Part shown: piece after piece, positions 54,574-63,210 of the stretch
How the letters are laid out: each line of letters opens with the position of its first letter
Numbering within the stretch: position 1 is the first letter of the stretch
DNA from: an uncultured Rhodospirillaceae bacterium
Lineage (GTDB): Bacteria > Pseudomonadota > Alphaproteobacteria > Micavibrionales > UBA2020
Direction of reading: 5' to 3'
NCBI GenBank assembly: GCA_964458415.1
Contig: CAYWIT010000015.1
Span: 3,192-67,191, forward strand
Length of the DNA stretch: 64,000 bases
Notes under the pieces: generated by a model
What the model saw: the letters and a program-made list of their open reading frames with translations, nothing else
Told to the model about the DNA's origin: nothing
Databases searched by the model: none
Translations under genes and position numbers: made by a program

Positions 54574-54719
54574 AGTTGAAATATCGGCAAACGCACAGCT
54601 TGTATTCTGCGCTCCAGAATAGGGGCGGGGGCTTTAAAAAAGGATTAATCCGGCAGGATATGGGGGCAATAAAGGGGCGGGCATACCAGCGCTGGAAAAA
54701 ATAAAAGTTTTTATCGCAA

Positions 54720-55454
54720 TTAGAATCTGTATTTTTCTTTTCGATATTTATATTTCAGCGCGATTTTTTTCAATTTCAGATACTCTTTCTTATAGGGTTT
54801 CGTGCTGTAGGTGGAAAAATATGTTCGCAGTTCGGTGGTGCCGGAGGTGCTGGTGGCGATTGTTTTATGCAGGGAAATTTCTTTATGGCGTCGGGCAAAA
54901 GCGCGGTTATTTAAAAAAACCTGCTCCGTCTTTTTATTTTTTGCAAATTGAAAGGCGGTTTCCCCGGTTCTTGTTTTCAGGTCAAAATCAGCGCCGTGCT
55001 GCAATAAAACAGCTGCGCTTTGTGCCGCATCGCGCCAGGCTGCATAATGCAGGGCGGTAAAGCCGGATTTGCTTTTCCGGTCCAGCAGCACAAGCGGTTG
55101 CAGACATATCAGCGTGGTGGCCGTGGCATTGTTGCGGGCGGCGGCCACCATTAACGGAGATATGCCATAGCTGTTCTCGAAATCGGGCAAAACGTCGTTG
55201 CGCGCGAGCAGGGATTTTAATTCTGCATGTTCCCCGAGGTAGATCGCCGCCATGATTTTTACCGCAGGGCTTTTGTCGTCAAGGCCCGCGCAGAAAAAAG
55301 GCTTTACCGCTTTCCACGGCAGCTGCGCGACCAGCGCGTTTATTTCAAAACGCAGATGTTCCTGAACGGAAAGCGGCCGTCGAACGGAGGGGGAAGAGAA
55401 AGAGCGCGCCATAAATTTTGCTTTGCGAGTCGATATTGTACCGGCCCGCATCAT
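54720..55454 (-). CDS. Ankyrin-repeat protein with very basic K/Y-rich C-terminus
   Basis: GISPLMVAA, GFTALHYAA, GETAFQFA; tail KKEYLKLKKIALKYKYRKEKYRF. Confidence 0.8.
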   Translation of the reverse strand: MMRAGTISTRKAKFMARSFSSPSVRRPLSVQEHLRFEINALVAQLPWKAVKPFFCAGLDDKSPAVKIMAAIYLGEHAELKSLLARNDVLPDFENSYGISPLMVAAARNNATATTLICLQPLVLLDRKSKSGFTALHYAAWRDAAQSAAVLLQHGADFDLKTRTGETAFQFAKNKKTEQVFLNNRAFARRHKEISLHKTIATSTSGTTELRTYFSTYSTKPYKKEYLKLKKIALKYKYRKEKYRF

Positions 55455-55505
55455 CGCAGATTATCCATAAGGCGTCAAGTGGGGTGACATTAACCGGCCC
55501 GGATC

Positions 55506-56477
55506 TTATTTATCTGCCGATTCCGTTAATGCGCTCAGGGTTTTTGCTTCAAACAGCTTTTCGTTATCCGCCATAAAAGCCTCAAGGCTCTGGTGCGGGG
55601 CGATACTGGCCAGATAAGGTTTCAGGGTCGTGGGGTATTCCGCCATATCGTTGAAATCCTGCGCATCGACCAGAGACATGAGGAAGATGCCGGCCAGCAG
55701 TCCGCCGGAAAAACAACCGGCCCAGAGCAGGCGGCGTTTTTGCGTCATCGGGGTCGCCAGAGAGAGTGACCCATAAACCAGAAAAACCATCAGGAGCAGG
55801 TTGGCGGTATAATTTGCCGCCGACGCGATGCTGCTTTTGGTGCTCAGAAAATCAATGCCGGACTGGACAACATCAAACAGGGTTGAAAGCAGGATGTAGA
55901 AGCTGGCCAGCGCGAGATGGCCCATAAAAAACGATTTGTTGCGCATCAGGCGGCTGACACCGGCCCAGACGCCGGCCCAAACCAGCACAACGGCAAAAAC
56001 CGCGGCGGCCGTCAGGGTTGCTGTTCGCAGGGCGTTCTCTTCAAAGATCTCCAGCCAGCTCCAGCCGGTGACAGCGGCGAGCGCCGCCGCAAGAAGGAGA
56101 TAGGCGGCGGCAGGGCGGGCCAAGGTCAGAAAGAACGGTGTGGATTTCACGAGCGGCAGAGGGGCCGCGACGGGGTGATGCGGGGCGAAAAAACGAATTT
56201 CCGTCTGGCCGATGCGGATGACGTCACCGGATTGCAAGGCATGTTTTTCCACAAGGCGCCGCTGCGTGTTGATTGTGATGTCTGAATCTGCGAGGTTGTA
56301 AACTTTCCAGCCGTCAGCGTCATGCTCAATGCGCAGATGCGCGGCGGAGATGTGCGGATCGTTCAGGATAATATCATTATGATAGCCGCGCCCGATGGAG
56401 AGGGGAAAGTTCTCCACGGCTTTGTAGGCGACGGACCGGTCGTCGGCGGGGCTCAGGATTTCAAGAACCAGTTTCAC
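55506..56477 (-). CDS. FHA-domain multi-pass membrane protein
   Basis: SIGRGYHNDIILNDPHISAAH (FHA), L.SGDVIRIG; about 5 TM helices. Confidence 0.85.
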   Translation of the reverse strand: MKLVLEILSPADDRSVAYKAVENFPLSIGRGYHNDIILNDPHISAAHLRIEHDADGWKVYNLADSDITINTQRRLVEKHALQSGDVIRIGQTEIRFFAPHHPVAAPLPLVKSTPFFLTLARPAAAYLLLAAALAAVTGWSWLEIFEENALRTATLTAAAVFAVVLVWAGVWAGVSRLMRNKSFFMGHLALASFYILLSTLFDVVQSGIDFLSTKSSIASAANYTANLLLMVFLVYGSLSLATPMTQKRRLLWAGCFSGGLLAGIFLMSLVDAQDFNDMAEYPTTLKPYLASIAPHQSLEAFMADNEKLFEAKTLSALTESADK

Positions 56478-57988
56478 CGGCCACCTCCGGAAACGGCAGC
56501 CAGCAGCGGTTCCGCCGGCGGCCGGATTTCATGAAGAAAGCGGTCCGTGAACTGGAGCGCGTTTTCCTTGGTGACGCCTTGCAGCTGGAGCGTGATGAAG
56601 GTGCCTTTTTTTTCTGAGCCGACGGCGGCGATAAAGACCTGTGTATCGTAGAGGGCCGGATATTTAATATAGCGGCGCAGGCAGAAGGAGGCCTTCCAGC
56701 GTTGGCCAGCCATGTCGACGAAACGGTTGTTGCAGGCGAAGTTGGTCACTTCGCTTTCGCTGACTTTTTGCCAGGGCGTGTTGAGGGCGCCGTACTGTGA
56801 CTGGTAATAGCTGTAAAACCGGGGCAGATTGATCTTGTCCTTGCCGGTCAGGTCGCCATAGCCGAAAGAGTAGATTCCGCTGGTCAGGTCGCTGTCCAGA
56901 AACAGCTGGTCTTCATTGCTGCAGGTCGAATAAAAATGCAGCCATGGATCTTTTTCCTCGTGGGCGGGGCCGCCCCAGCATTTGAATGCGGGATGAATCC
57001 GTCCCGGCACCATGAAGCCGCCGAAAGAAACGGATTCCCACGGGGCCGTCAGCAGCCGGTCGATATTTTTTTTCTGGCTGCTGACCAATTGCTGCTCGAT
57101 ATTTTTTTTCGAGAGCGCCGTGAAGTCGTAATCTTCCGGCTGTTTCAGGTAGTCCACCAGCAGCAGGCGCAAAGGTTCCACCGGAACAAGAAAGCCGATC
57201 TGGTTGCCGCCGGTTTGTACATTGATGCCGACAACCCGGCCATTATGGTCCAGCGCCGGCCCGCCGCTCATGCCGGGATTGATCGCGCCAGAAAAATGGA
57301 TTTTATCGATCAGGGTTTCGCGCGAGTAGCCGTTATAGGTGCCTTCGACAATGGTAAAGCCGATGTCGTGGGGGTTGCCAAGGGAAAAAAGTTTGACGCC
57401 CTTGGGGAGTTTTGATTGCCCGAGCTCGACAAAAGTTTTTCCGGGCTTGTCCATCCGCAAAATGGCCAGATCATGGGTCACGTCGGCAATCAGGATTTTA
57501 AGCTTGCCCCTTTCGCCTTTGTCGTGGAGGAATTCAAGCCGGTTGGCCTGCGGCCGTTGGAGCATTTCGGCAATGACGTGATAATTGGTGGCGAGCAAAC
57601 CGTCATGGGTGAACTGGAATCCGGTGCCGATGCTGTTCTTCTTGCCGGAGGCAAGGTCGATCACCTGCACCTGATAAATGGCGTCGCCGAAAGATTCATA
57701 AACGCGCTGCGCTTCGTCGGTGATCGGTGGCTTTGGCGGTGTTTCGACAGGGGTGGATTCAATGGGGACGGGTTCCGCGGCAGGGGATATTTTCCCGATT
57801 GTCGTTGTCAGCAGGAACAGCAAAACAGAACCGAAGATGACCGTGACGGACGCGCAGCGCATTGTTTCCCAACCCCTTATTTTGTCATTGTGCGGCGTCA
57901 TTTCTTTTTTGGCAAGTTGTGTGCGTGCGAGCGCTGAAAAATGCCATATTTTACAGAAATGCACAAAAGCGCCGCGGCATGATAACAT
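56474..57988 (-). CDS. Secreted trypsin-like serine protease with Cys-containing C-terminal domain (true start probably a later Met)
   Basis: TNYHV, DLAIL, INPGMSGGP catalytic triad; overlaps the FHA gene (GTGA). Confidence 0.88.
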   Translation of the reverse strand: MLSCRGAFVHFCKIWHFSALARTQLAKKEMTPHNDKIRGWETMRCASVTVIFGSVLLFLLTTTIGKISPAAEPVPIESTPVETPPKPPITDEAQRVYESFGDAIYQVQVIDLASGKKNSIGTGFQFTHDGLLATNYHVIAEMLQRPQANRLEFLHDKGERGKLKILIADVTHDLAILRMDKPGKTFVELGQSKLPKGVKLFSLGNPHDIGFTIVEGTYNGYSRETLIDKIHFSGAINPGMSGGPALDHNGRVVGINVQTGGNQIGFLVPVEPLRLLLVDYLKQPEDYDFTALSKKNIEQQLVSSQKKNIDRLLTAPWESVSFGGFMVPGRIHPAFKCWGGPAHEEKDPWLHFYSTCSNEDQLFLDSDLTSGIYSFGYGDLTGKDKINLPRFYSYYQSQYGALNTPWQKVSESEVTNFACNNRFVDMAGQRWKASFCLRRYIKYPALYDTQVFIAAVGSEKKGTFITLQLQGVTKENALQFTDRFLHEIRPPAEPLLAAVSGGGR

Positions 57989-58090
57989 AATTACAATTTT
58001 GGTCTTTAAAACTGCCCGAAATGAATATGGTGCATGGACTCGGTTTCCAGAGCATGGTAGGTTTTTTTACTCAACAAGCCGTTTTGGCAT

Positions 58091-59521
58091 TTGTGCCGCA
58101 GGATCGGGATCGTGAAAGATTTTTTTTACAAAACGATCAGGTATTTTCAAAGTCCTCCCGATGAAATCGGGGAGGGGGGCTATACCCGCTTGCAGCAGGC
58201 GATCCTGCAAAACAATGTTAAAAAAGTCAAAGCCCTGATCAAGGCCGGCGCCGATCCCAATCTGCGGGGCAACCTGCTGTTCCCGCCGCTGCATTATGCG
58301 CTGGACAAGGATCGGCATGAAATTGCCCTGCTCCTGCTTTCGGCTGGAGCGGATGTCAATTTGCAGGATGGCGAGGGAAGAACGCCGCTTTATCATGCCG
58401 CCGCACAGGGACAGGAAGGGTTTGTCCGCGCCCTGCTGAAGATGGGCGCGCATCCCGATACGGCGGATTATTCCGGCAAGGCGCCGTTGCATGTTTTATC
58501 CTCGGCACTGCCGGAGCTCGTCGCCGTTTTTGCCAAGCATGGCGCCAACCTCAATGTGCAGGACGCGGCGGGGGATACGCCCCTGCATGTTCACCTCGAT
58601 AAAACGCAAATGGCAGAGGGTCTGTTGTCCGCAGGCGCCAATCCGAACCTGAAGAACAGAAAGGGGCTTTCCCCTTATATGATTCTGCTGGAAGACGAGT
58701 GGGGTGGACGGCGGCAGCAAACCCTGCAGATGATGCTGGATCGGGACGCGGATCTGGGCTCTACCAATCAGCTGGGGGAAACGGTTTTGCATCTGGCGGC
58801 ACGGCTGGAAATGCGCGATGCTTTTAACAAGGCCTTCGAGCGGTGCGAGCTTTCCGTGCGCGATGCGTCCGGAAATAATGTGCTGCACGCGCTGGTGCGC
58901 CGCCAGAACCTTTCGATGATGGAGCGGGTGCTGAAACGCGCGCCGGATTTGCTCCACCAAAAAAATACTGCCGGACTGACGCCGCTGGGGGAAGTGGCGC
59001 GCCGGGCTGGACGTCCTCTGGGGCTGACGGACGGGCTGATGGCCGCGGCCCGTTTTCTGATTTCTTCCGGCGCCGATCCGTCAGCGCAGGATCAGGAGGG
59101 CCGGACGTTATTGCATCATGCGGTCAAGCATGACCACTTTGATTTTATCCGCTTCCTGATGGAAAAAAGAATTAATCCCGATGTCAGGGACAATCAGGGG
59201 CGGACGGCTTTGCACTTCGCTATCGACAAGGCGCATGAAGAGGGGCGGCTGGATATGCTGGATCTTCTTCTCGATCTGGGCGCCGATCCGGATCTGACGG
59301 ATGACCGTGGCTGGACGGTTCTCGACCGGCTGGCGGAAATGGGCGACCGGGACAGTCCGGCGGTCCAGCGGATCATCGTGGCGGGCGGGCAGTATAAAAA
59401 GCAATTGCCGCTGCATCCTGAACTGATGCGGAAGCGGACGGCAGGAGACAGGACGGAAATCGACAAGTCGCCCTTGTCGCGCAAACCGGCCTTCGGCAAA
59501 GATGCGGGGCCGCAGCCTTGA
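58091..59521 (+). CDS. Ankyrin-repeat protein
   Basis: GYTRLQQAI, PPLHYAL, GRTPLYHAA, GETVLHLAA, GRTALHFAI. Confidence 0.92.
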   Translation: MCRRIGIVKDFFYKTIRYFQSPPDEIGEGGYTRLQQAILQNNVKKVKALIKAGADPNLRGNLLFPPLHYALDKDRHEIALLLLSAGADVNLQDGEGRTPLYHAAAQGQEGFVRALLKMGAHPDTADYSGKAPLHVLSSALPELVAVFAKHGANLNVQDAAGDTPLHVHLDKTQMAEGLLSAGANPNLKNRKGLSPYMILLEDEWGGRRQQTLQMMLDRDADLGSTNQLGETVLHLAARLEMRDAFNKAFERCELSVRDASGNNVLHALVRRQNLSMMERVLKRAPDLLHQKNTAGLTPLGEVARRAGRPLGLTDGLMAAARFLISSGADPSAQDQEGRTLLHHAVKHDHFDFIRFLMEKRINPDVRDNQGRTALHFAIDKAHEEGRLDMLDLLLDLGADPDLTDDRGWTVLDRLAEMGDRDSPAVQRIIVAGGQYKKQLPLHPELMRKRTAGDRTEIDKSPLSRKPAFGKDAGPQP

Positions 59522-59709
59522 AAAACCGGATTGTATTTTTGCAGGTGCGCTGTTTGCTGTGGTGGCGGGATTGTCGGGGAGCGACGGCGGTCGAATACGT
59601 GCTGCTGGCTTCAGCGGTTGCCGGCGCGATTGCGGCCAGTTTTTTCCTTCTTGGTGACAGTGTTGTGGCCATGTTTGACGGCGCTGCCGAAGCCATGGCG
59701 GAGCCCTGA
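59518..59709 (+). CDS. Flp/type IVb pilin
   Basis: RDCRG|ATAVEYVLL motif (G, E5, Y6) followed by a hydrophobic helix; TTG start overlaps the ankyrin stop. Confidence 0.75.
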   Translation: MKNRIVFLQVRCLLWWRDCRGATAVEYVLLASAVAGAIAASFFLLGDSVVAMFDGAAEAMAEP

Positions 59710-59714
59710 TCTTT

Positions 59715-60431
59715 TCATCCCGGCAGCAAGACCGCATAAAAGCCGTACAGCTTGGGATCGCCATTGTATACGACGCAGGACATGGCGATACTGACGCAAT
59801 CCGCGCAAGTGACTTCATCCAGAGTTACTGCGGTCGGGGTTGCGGCTGTATCTTCAAAAAGAGAAAAAAAGTCGGGGGCGTTTCTGACGGCTGGGATTGC
59901 CGTTGTCCCGCGGAGGGTCTGGTTGATACGCTGGCAATATTCCAGTGAACTGACCTGTGCTGTAAAGAGAATATCGCCGGTGGTCACATTTGTTGGCCCG
60001 ACATCCTTGACGATGGAGCCGGGATTGATCCTGAAATTATAGGCAACTGTGCTGCTGGCGGAGGCGTCGCCGGTGGCGGTCATCTGGACGATTCCGCCGC
60101 CCAGCGGATGGTAGATTTTCAGCCGGTGCGGCGCGATGTTATAGGCGGCATCCGATACGCGGGCCAGGGAAATATCCGCATAGAGCGTTGCCGGATCGGC
60201 GATACCTTCGGTCATTTGCTGGACAGCGGCGGCAAGCGTGCCGACATAGCCCAGCATCTGCGAAATCTGGGCATCGCTGGCCGTACGGTCGGCGGCAGAA
60301 GTGCCCTGCTCGCTTCCCTGCGAGAGCATAAAGGTCAGGCCGGCGACAATCATGATGGCAATAAAGACAATGAACAGGACATTTCCCTGTTCGTGCCGGT
60401 GCTTGATTTTTACAGGTGCTGATTCGCGCAT
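59715..60431 (-). CDS. PilX/minor-pilin-like protein, paralog of 48938-49618
   Basis: HEQG|NVLFIVFIAIMIVAGLTFML; KIYHPLGGG, YCQRIN match EIFHASGGG, VCQYIN of the paralog. Confidence 0.6.
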   Translation of the reverse strand: MRESAPVKIKHRHEQGNVLFIVFIAIMIVAGLTFMLSQGSEQGTSAADRTASDAQISQMLGYVGTLAAAVQQMTEGIADPATLYADISLARVSDAAYNIAPHRLKIYHPLGGGIVQMTATGDASASSTVAYNFRINPGSIVKDVGPTNVTTGDILFTAQVSSLEYCQRINQTLRGTTAIPAVRNAPDFFSLFEDTAATPTAVTLDEVTCADCVSIAMSCVVYNGDPKLYGFYAVLLPG

Positions 60432-60466
60432 ATCTTCCCCCCAGTTTGATTATAGACGATCCCGCC

Positions 60467-60495
60467 TTGACAACCAACATAGGATTATGTATATT
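60467..60495 (+). promoter_or_regulatory. Sigma70-like promoter TTGACA-N17-TATATT
   Basis: Directly read upstream of ATG 60532. Confidence 0.55.
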
Positions 60496-60531
60496 ATCCC
60501 CCAGTCAACTGATTACAGGTGGGTAAAAATC

Positions 60532-60936
60532 ATGCAAATAACTGGAAAACAACAAAAAAATAAACACCAGATGAAAGGCAGCCTGGCAGCCCAGTTCCGC
60601 TGGGAAATGATCCTGGGACAGCTGCGGCGTGAAACCGGCGGCGCGGAGTTGCTGCAATTCGCGCAGCAGGCGGGGATCAAAATGATGTTTGATGTTTCTC
60701 TGCCGGCAAAAGTTCCGGCTCTGACCTTTGTGCGTGAATCGCGTTTGCCGCAAAATCAGGAAAAGGGCACGGTGATTTTGTTGAATCCACAGGCAACCGA
60801 GGCCGTTTTGTCCAGAGCGATTCTGGAGAAGCTGCATTTTTGCCGGTTGGCCTCCTTGCCGACGGGATCCGCTGCGCAGACAGCGGCGCGGCAAAGCAAG
60901 CTGAAGTCTGGCAATGAATCCGCTCACAAAAAATAA
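60532..60936 (+). CDS. Hypothetical protein resembling the N-terminus of the 17668 metallopeptidase but lacking HExxH
   Basis: L....GGAELLQFAQQAGI vs L....EGKALIDLAAQNGI; ILEKLHFCR vs LAHELHHAR. Confidence 0.5.
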   Translation: MQITGKQQKNKHQMKGSLAAQFRWEMILGQLRRETGGAELLQFAQQAGIKMMFDVSLPAKVPALTFVRESRLPQNQEKGTVILLNPQATEAVLSRAILEKLHFCRLASLPTGSAAQTAARQSKLKSGNESAHKK

Positions 60937-61321
60937 GTCCGGTTTTGCCGTTCTTGATCAACGCCCCAGCCGGAAGGTTTTTGCGCTGGAGGATATTCTT
61001 GCGGTGACGACGGGATTATCCTTGTCTGCGGCGGGGGCCGGTGCGGTAGACGGGGTGGTGGGGTTTATCACCGAGACGGAGCCCTGTTCGGAAAATACCG
61101 CAGAATATATTTCCGCCGCGCGGACCTGCCTTGCGGAACAACTGCCGTTCTTGCAACAGCTGGATTTACGCGCGCTTGCCGCGCAGGTCAGAACATCACC
61201 GGCGCAAATGGATCTGCATGTAAAAATCTGGGTGGAAAAGCAAAGCCATTTATACGGTGCCGCGCATCAGCTCTTTTCAGCGCCGCGCTGGCAGCGGATC
61301 AAAAACAGCCATAAATTATAA
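60914..61321 (+). CDS. Hypothetical protein resembling a small phage-associated family (recalled as DUF7736-like)
   Basis: F.L.DIL.VTTG...V..++.F+T......L.EQLPFL pattern; recognition from memory only. Confidence 0.45.
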   Translation: MNPLTKNKSGFAVLDQRPSRKVFALEDILAVTTGLSLSAAGAGAVDGVVGFITETEPCSENTAEYISAARTCLAEQLPFLQQLDLRALAAQVRTSPAQMDLHVKIWVEKQSHLYGAAHQLFSAPRWQRIKNSHKL

Positions 61322-61341
61322 GCAGCGCGCAAGCGGAGGAA

Positions 61342-62136
61342 TTACAGGATATCCCCGCCGGGTTTTGGCGCGGGCGCGCTCGGAGCTGGCGGTGCGACAG
61401 TCTGGCTGTTCTTGGCTTCCAGTTCGGCTGTCAAATTGGCGGGCGTAAAGAAGCTGTGGAACTTTGAAGCGACCTTGTCGATCATGGACAGCACATAAAT
61501 GCCGGCAATGGCGCTCATGATGTCTTCGGCTACCGGTTTGTAATCGTCGTGGTGTTTGGCGGCTTCTCTTTTCTTTTCCGCTTCTTTTTTTAGTTTGGCG
61601 GCTTTATTGAATAAAGCGGCCGCTTTTTTCTGCTCGAGCATGGCTGCCAGATCATAATTTCCTTTGGCGCGCGCCATTTCAGCCGCTGCCGGACTGCTGG
61701 GGTCTGTGACTCCGTTGTCCGCGTAGTGGTCAACCAGAAGTTTGGCAATGCTCAGATTGCCGCCGGATGCAGAGAATATCAGGGCGGTCAATCCGGCGTG
61801 GTTTTTCAAAAGTGGATCGGCGCCTGCGGCCAGCAAAACATCAACGATTTTTTCGTGATTTTCGTGCACGGCAAACATCAGGGCGGTATTGCCTTCCGCA
61901 TCACGGCTGTCGGGTCTCGCGCCCCGGCGCAGAAGATCGCGCACGGCGTCTACCTTACCGGCGTGAATCGCCGCAAAAAGTTCTGCCCCCAGCCGCCCCG
62001 GCTTCTCCGCTTGGTGTTCTGCGTTCTCGTTAAAAGCCATTATGAGTGAACCCGCCATGTTTCTTGCGTTATCCTTGTAATTTTTTCTGATTTTACAAGA
62101 TAAGGCCAGTATATAATATATTTCTCCGCGAGTCAA
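61342..62136 (-). CDS. Ankyrin-repeat protein with coiled-coil and Pro-rich tail (true start probably 62058 or 62040)
   Basis: GNTALMFAV, GLTALIFSA; ends PPAPSAPAPKPGGDIL. Confidence 0.85.
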   Translation of the reverse strand: MTRGEIYYILALSCKIRKNYKDNARNMAGSLIMAFNENAEHQAEKPGRLGAELFAAIHAGKVDAVRDLLRRGARPDSRDAEGNTALMFAVHENHEKIVDVLLAAGADPLLKNHAGLTALIFSASGGNLSIAKLLVDHYADNGVTDPSSPAAAEMARAKGNYDLAAMLEQKKAAALFNKAAKLKKEAEKKREAAKHHDDYKPVAEDIMSAIAGIYVLSMIDKVASKFHSFFTPANLTAELEAKNSQTVAPPAPSAPAPKPGGDIL

Positions 62137-62235
62137 AAAATATGGATAATATTATATTATCCAATTGATTAATATGAGTTATTTTTAATTTTATTTTCCA
62201 CTTTGCAGGTGATAGGGCTTCTGTTACAAAATGTT

Positions 62236-63000
62236 ATGATCAAAGCCATTTTCATCGATATGGACAATACACTTATTGAAACGCAGCTGTTGTATGCAGA
62301 GGCGCATCTGGGGCTGGCGCGGTTTATTGCCGATCTGGCGCCGCATGATGTCGAGGCGATTATCGGCCAGCTCAAGAAGACCGAGGTAGCCTTGTTTCCG
62401 GCCTATGGCTATAGCGCGGAACTGCTGCCACAGGCTTTCGAGGAAACGCTCCGGCATTACGTGCGTGATGCCGCGCCCGATGAAATCAGATATGTCCGTG
62501 ATCTGGCCAATACGGTTTTCCGGACGGAAGCGGCGCTGAAAGACGGCGTGGCCGAGGCGATTGAGTGTCTGGCTGACCATTTTCCGCTCTATCTGGTGAC
62601 GGTCGGGGATCTCAAAGTGCAAAACGACCGTATCGCGGCGCTGCCTTTCCGGCACCTTTTTGCCGGAACTTTTGTCGTCAGCGAAAAAGATAAGGAAGCC
62701 TACAGCCGCATTCTCGAGGCGGTGGTGCTGGAGCCGCACGAAGTGATTATGATCGGGGACAGCATCCGTTCCGATATTATCCCGACGGTCAGTCTGGGCA
62801 TGGCGGCGATTTATATCAAGGCGGATAACTGGCATGCCCACGAAATACAGGGCCATGGCTTGCCGGAAGAGGGGGTTATTCACCATGCCCATTTGCTGGA
62901 TGCGGCACAGGACGTGATTCGCACCCATATTGCAAAACCGGACGCGCCGGAAAATACGCTCCGCGCGCAGCCGCGCCCCCCAAAACCGCCCGTTCTGTAA
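62236..63000 (+). CDS. HAD-superfamily hydrolase
   Basis: FIDMDNTL (motif I), LVTVGD (II), K (III), MIGDSIRSD (IV). Confidence 0.9.
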   Translation: MIKAIFIDMDNTLIETQLLYAEAHLGLARFIADLAPHDVEAIIGQLKKTEVALFPAYGYSAELLPQAFEETLRHYVRDAAPDEIRYVRDLANTVFRTEAALKDGVAEAIECLADHFPLYLVTVGDLKVQNDRIAALPFRHLFAGTFVVSEKDKEAYSRILEAVVLEPHEVIMIGDSIRSDIIPTVSLGMAAIYIKADNWHAHEIQGHGLPEEGVIHHAHLLDAAQDVIRTHIAKPDAPENTLRAQPRPPKPPVL

Positions 63001-63016
63001 GAATTTCCGCAATATA

Positions 63017-63045
63017 TTGACAGAATACAGAAAACGACCTATTGT
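63017..63045 (+). promoter_or_regulatory. Sigma70-like promoter TTGACA-N17-TATTGT
   Basis: Directly read after the HAD gene stop. Confidence 0.5.
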
Positions 63046-63210
63046 CCTGAAAGCCTGACAGCACAGGACAGGGGGATTCTGCCTGTCGGTCATTGATCAA
63101 CGGTCAGGGATTTGTGATGGCAAAGGGAGCGGGCTTCAGAGAAGAACCCGTCATCCCAGAAACGAAAGAAACTTACCATCATGATGCGTAACGAATAAAG
63201 GAATTTGGTC

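Noticed and set aside
54600-54625. TATTCTG-N5-CAGAATA inverted repeat between ankyrin genes
   Set aside because: Short AT-rich stem without a clear U-tract; cannot distinguish terminator, operator or chance
44652-59521. CRISPR array or tandem DNA repeats
   Set aside because: Recurrent short words (e.g. GGCGCCGAT, CTGCAT) are ankyrin-repeat codons; there is no constant repeat-spacer periodicity and no cas gene
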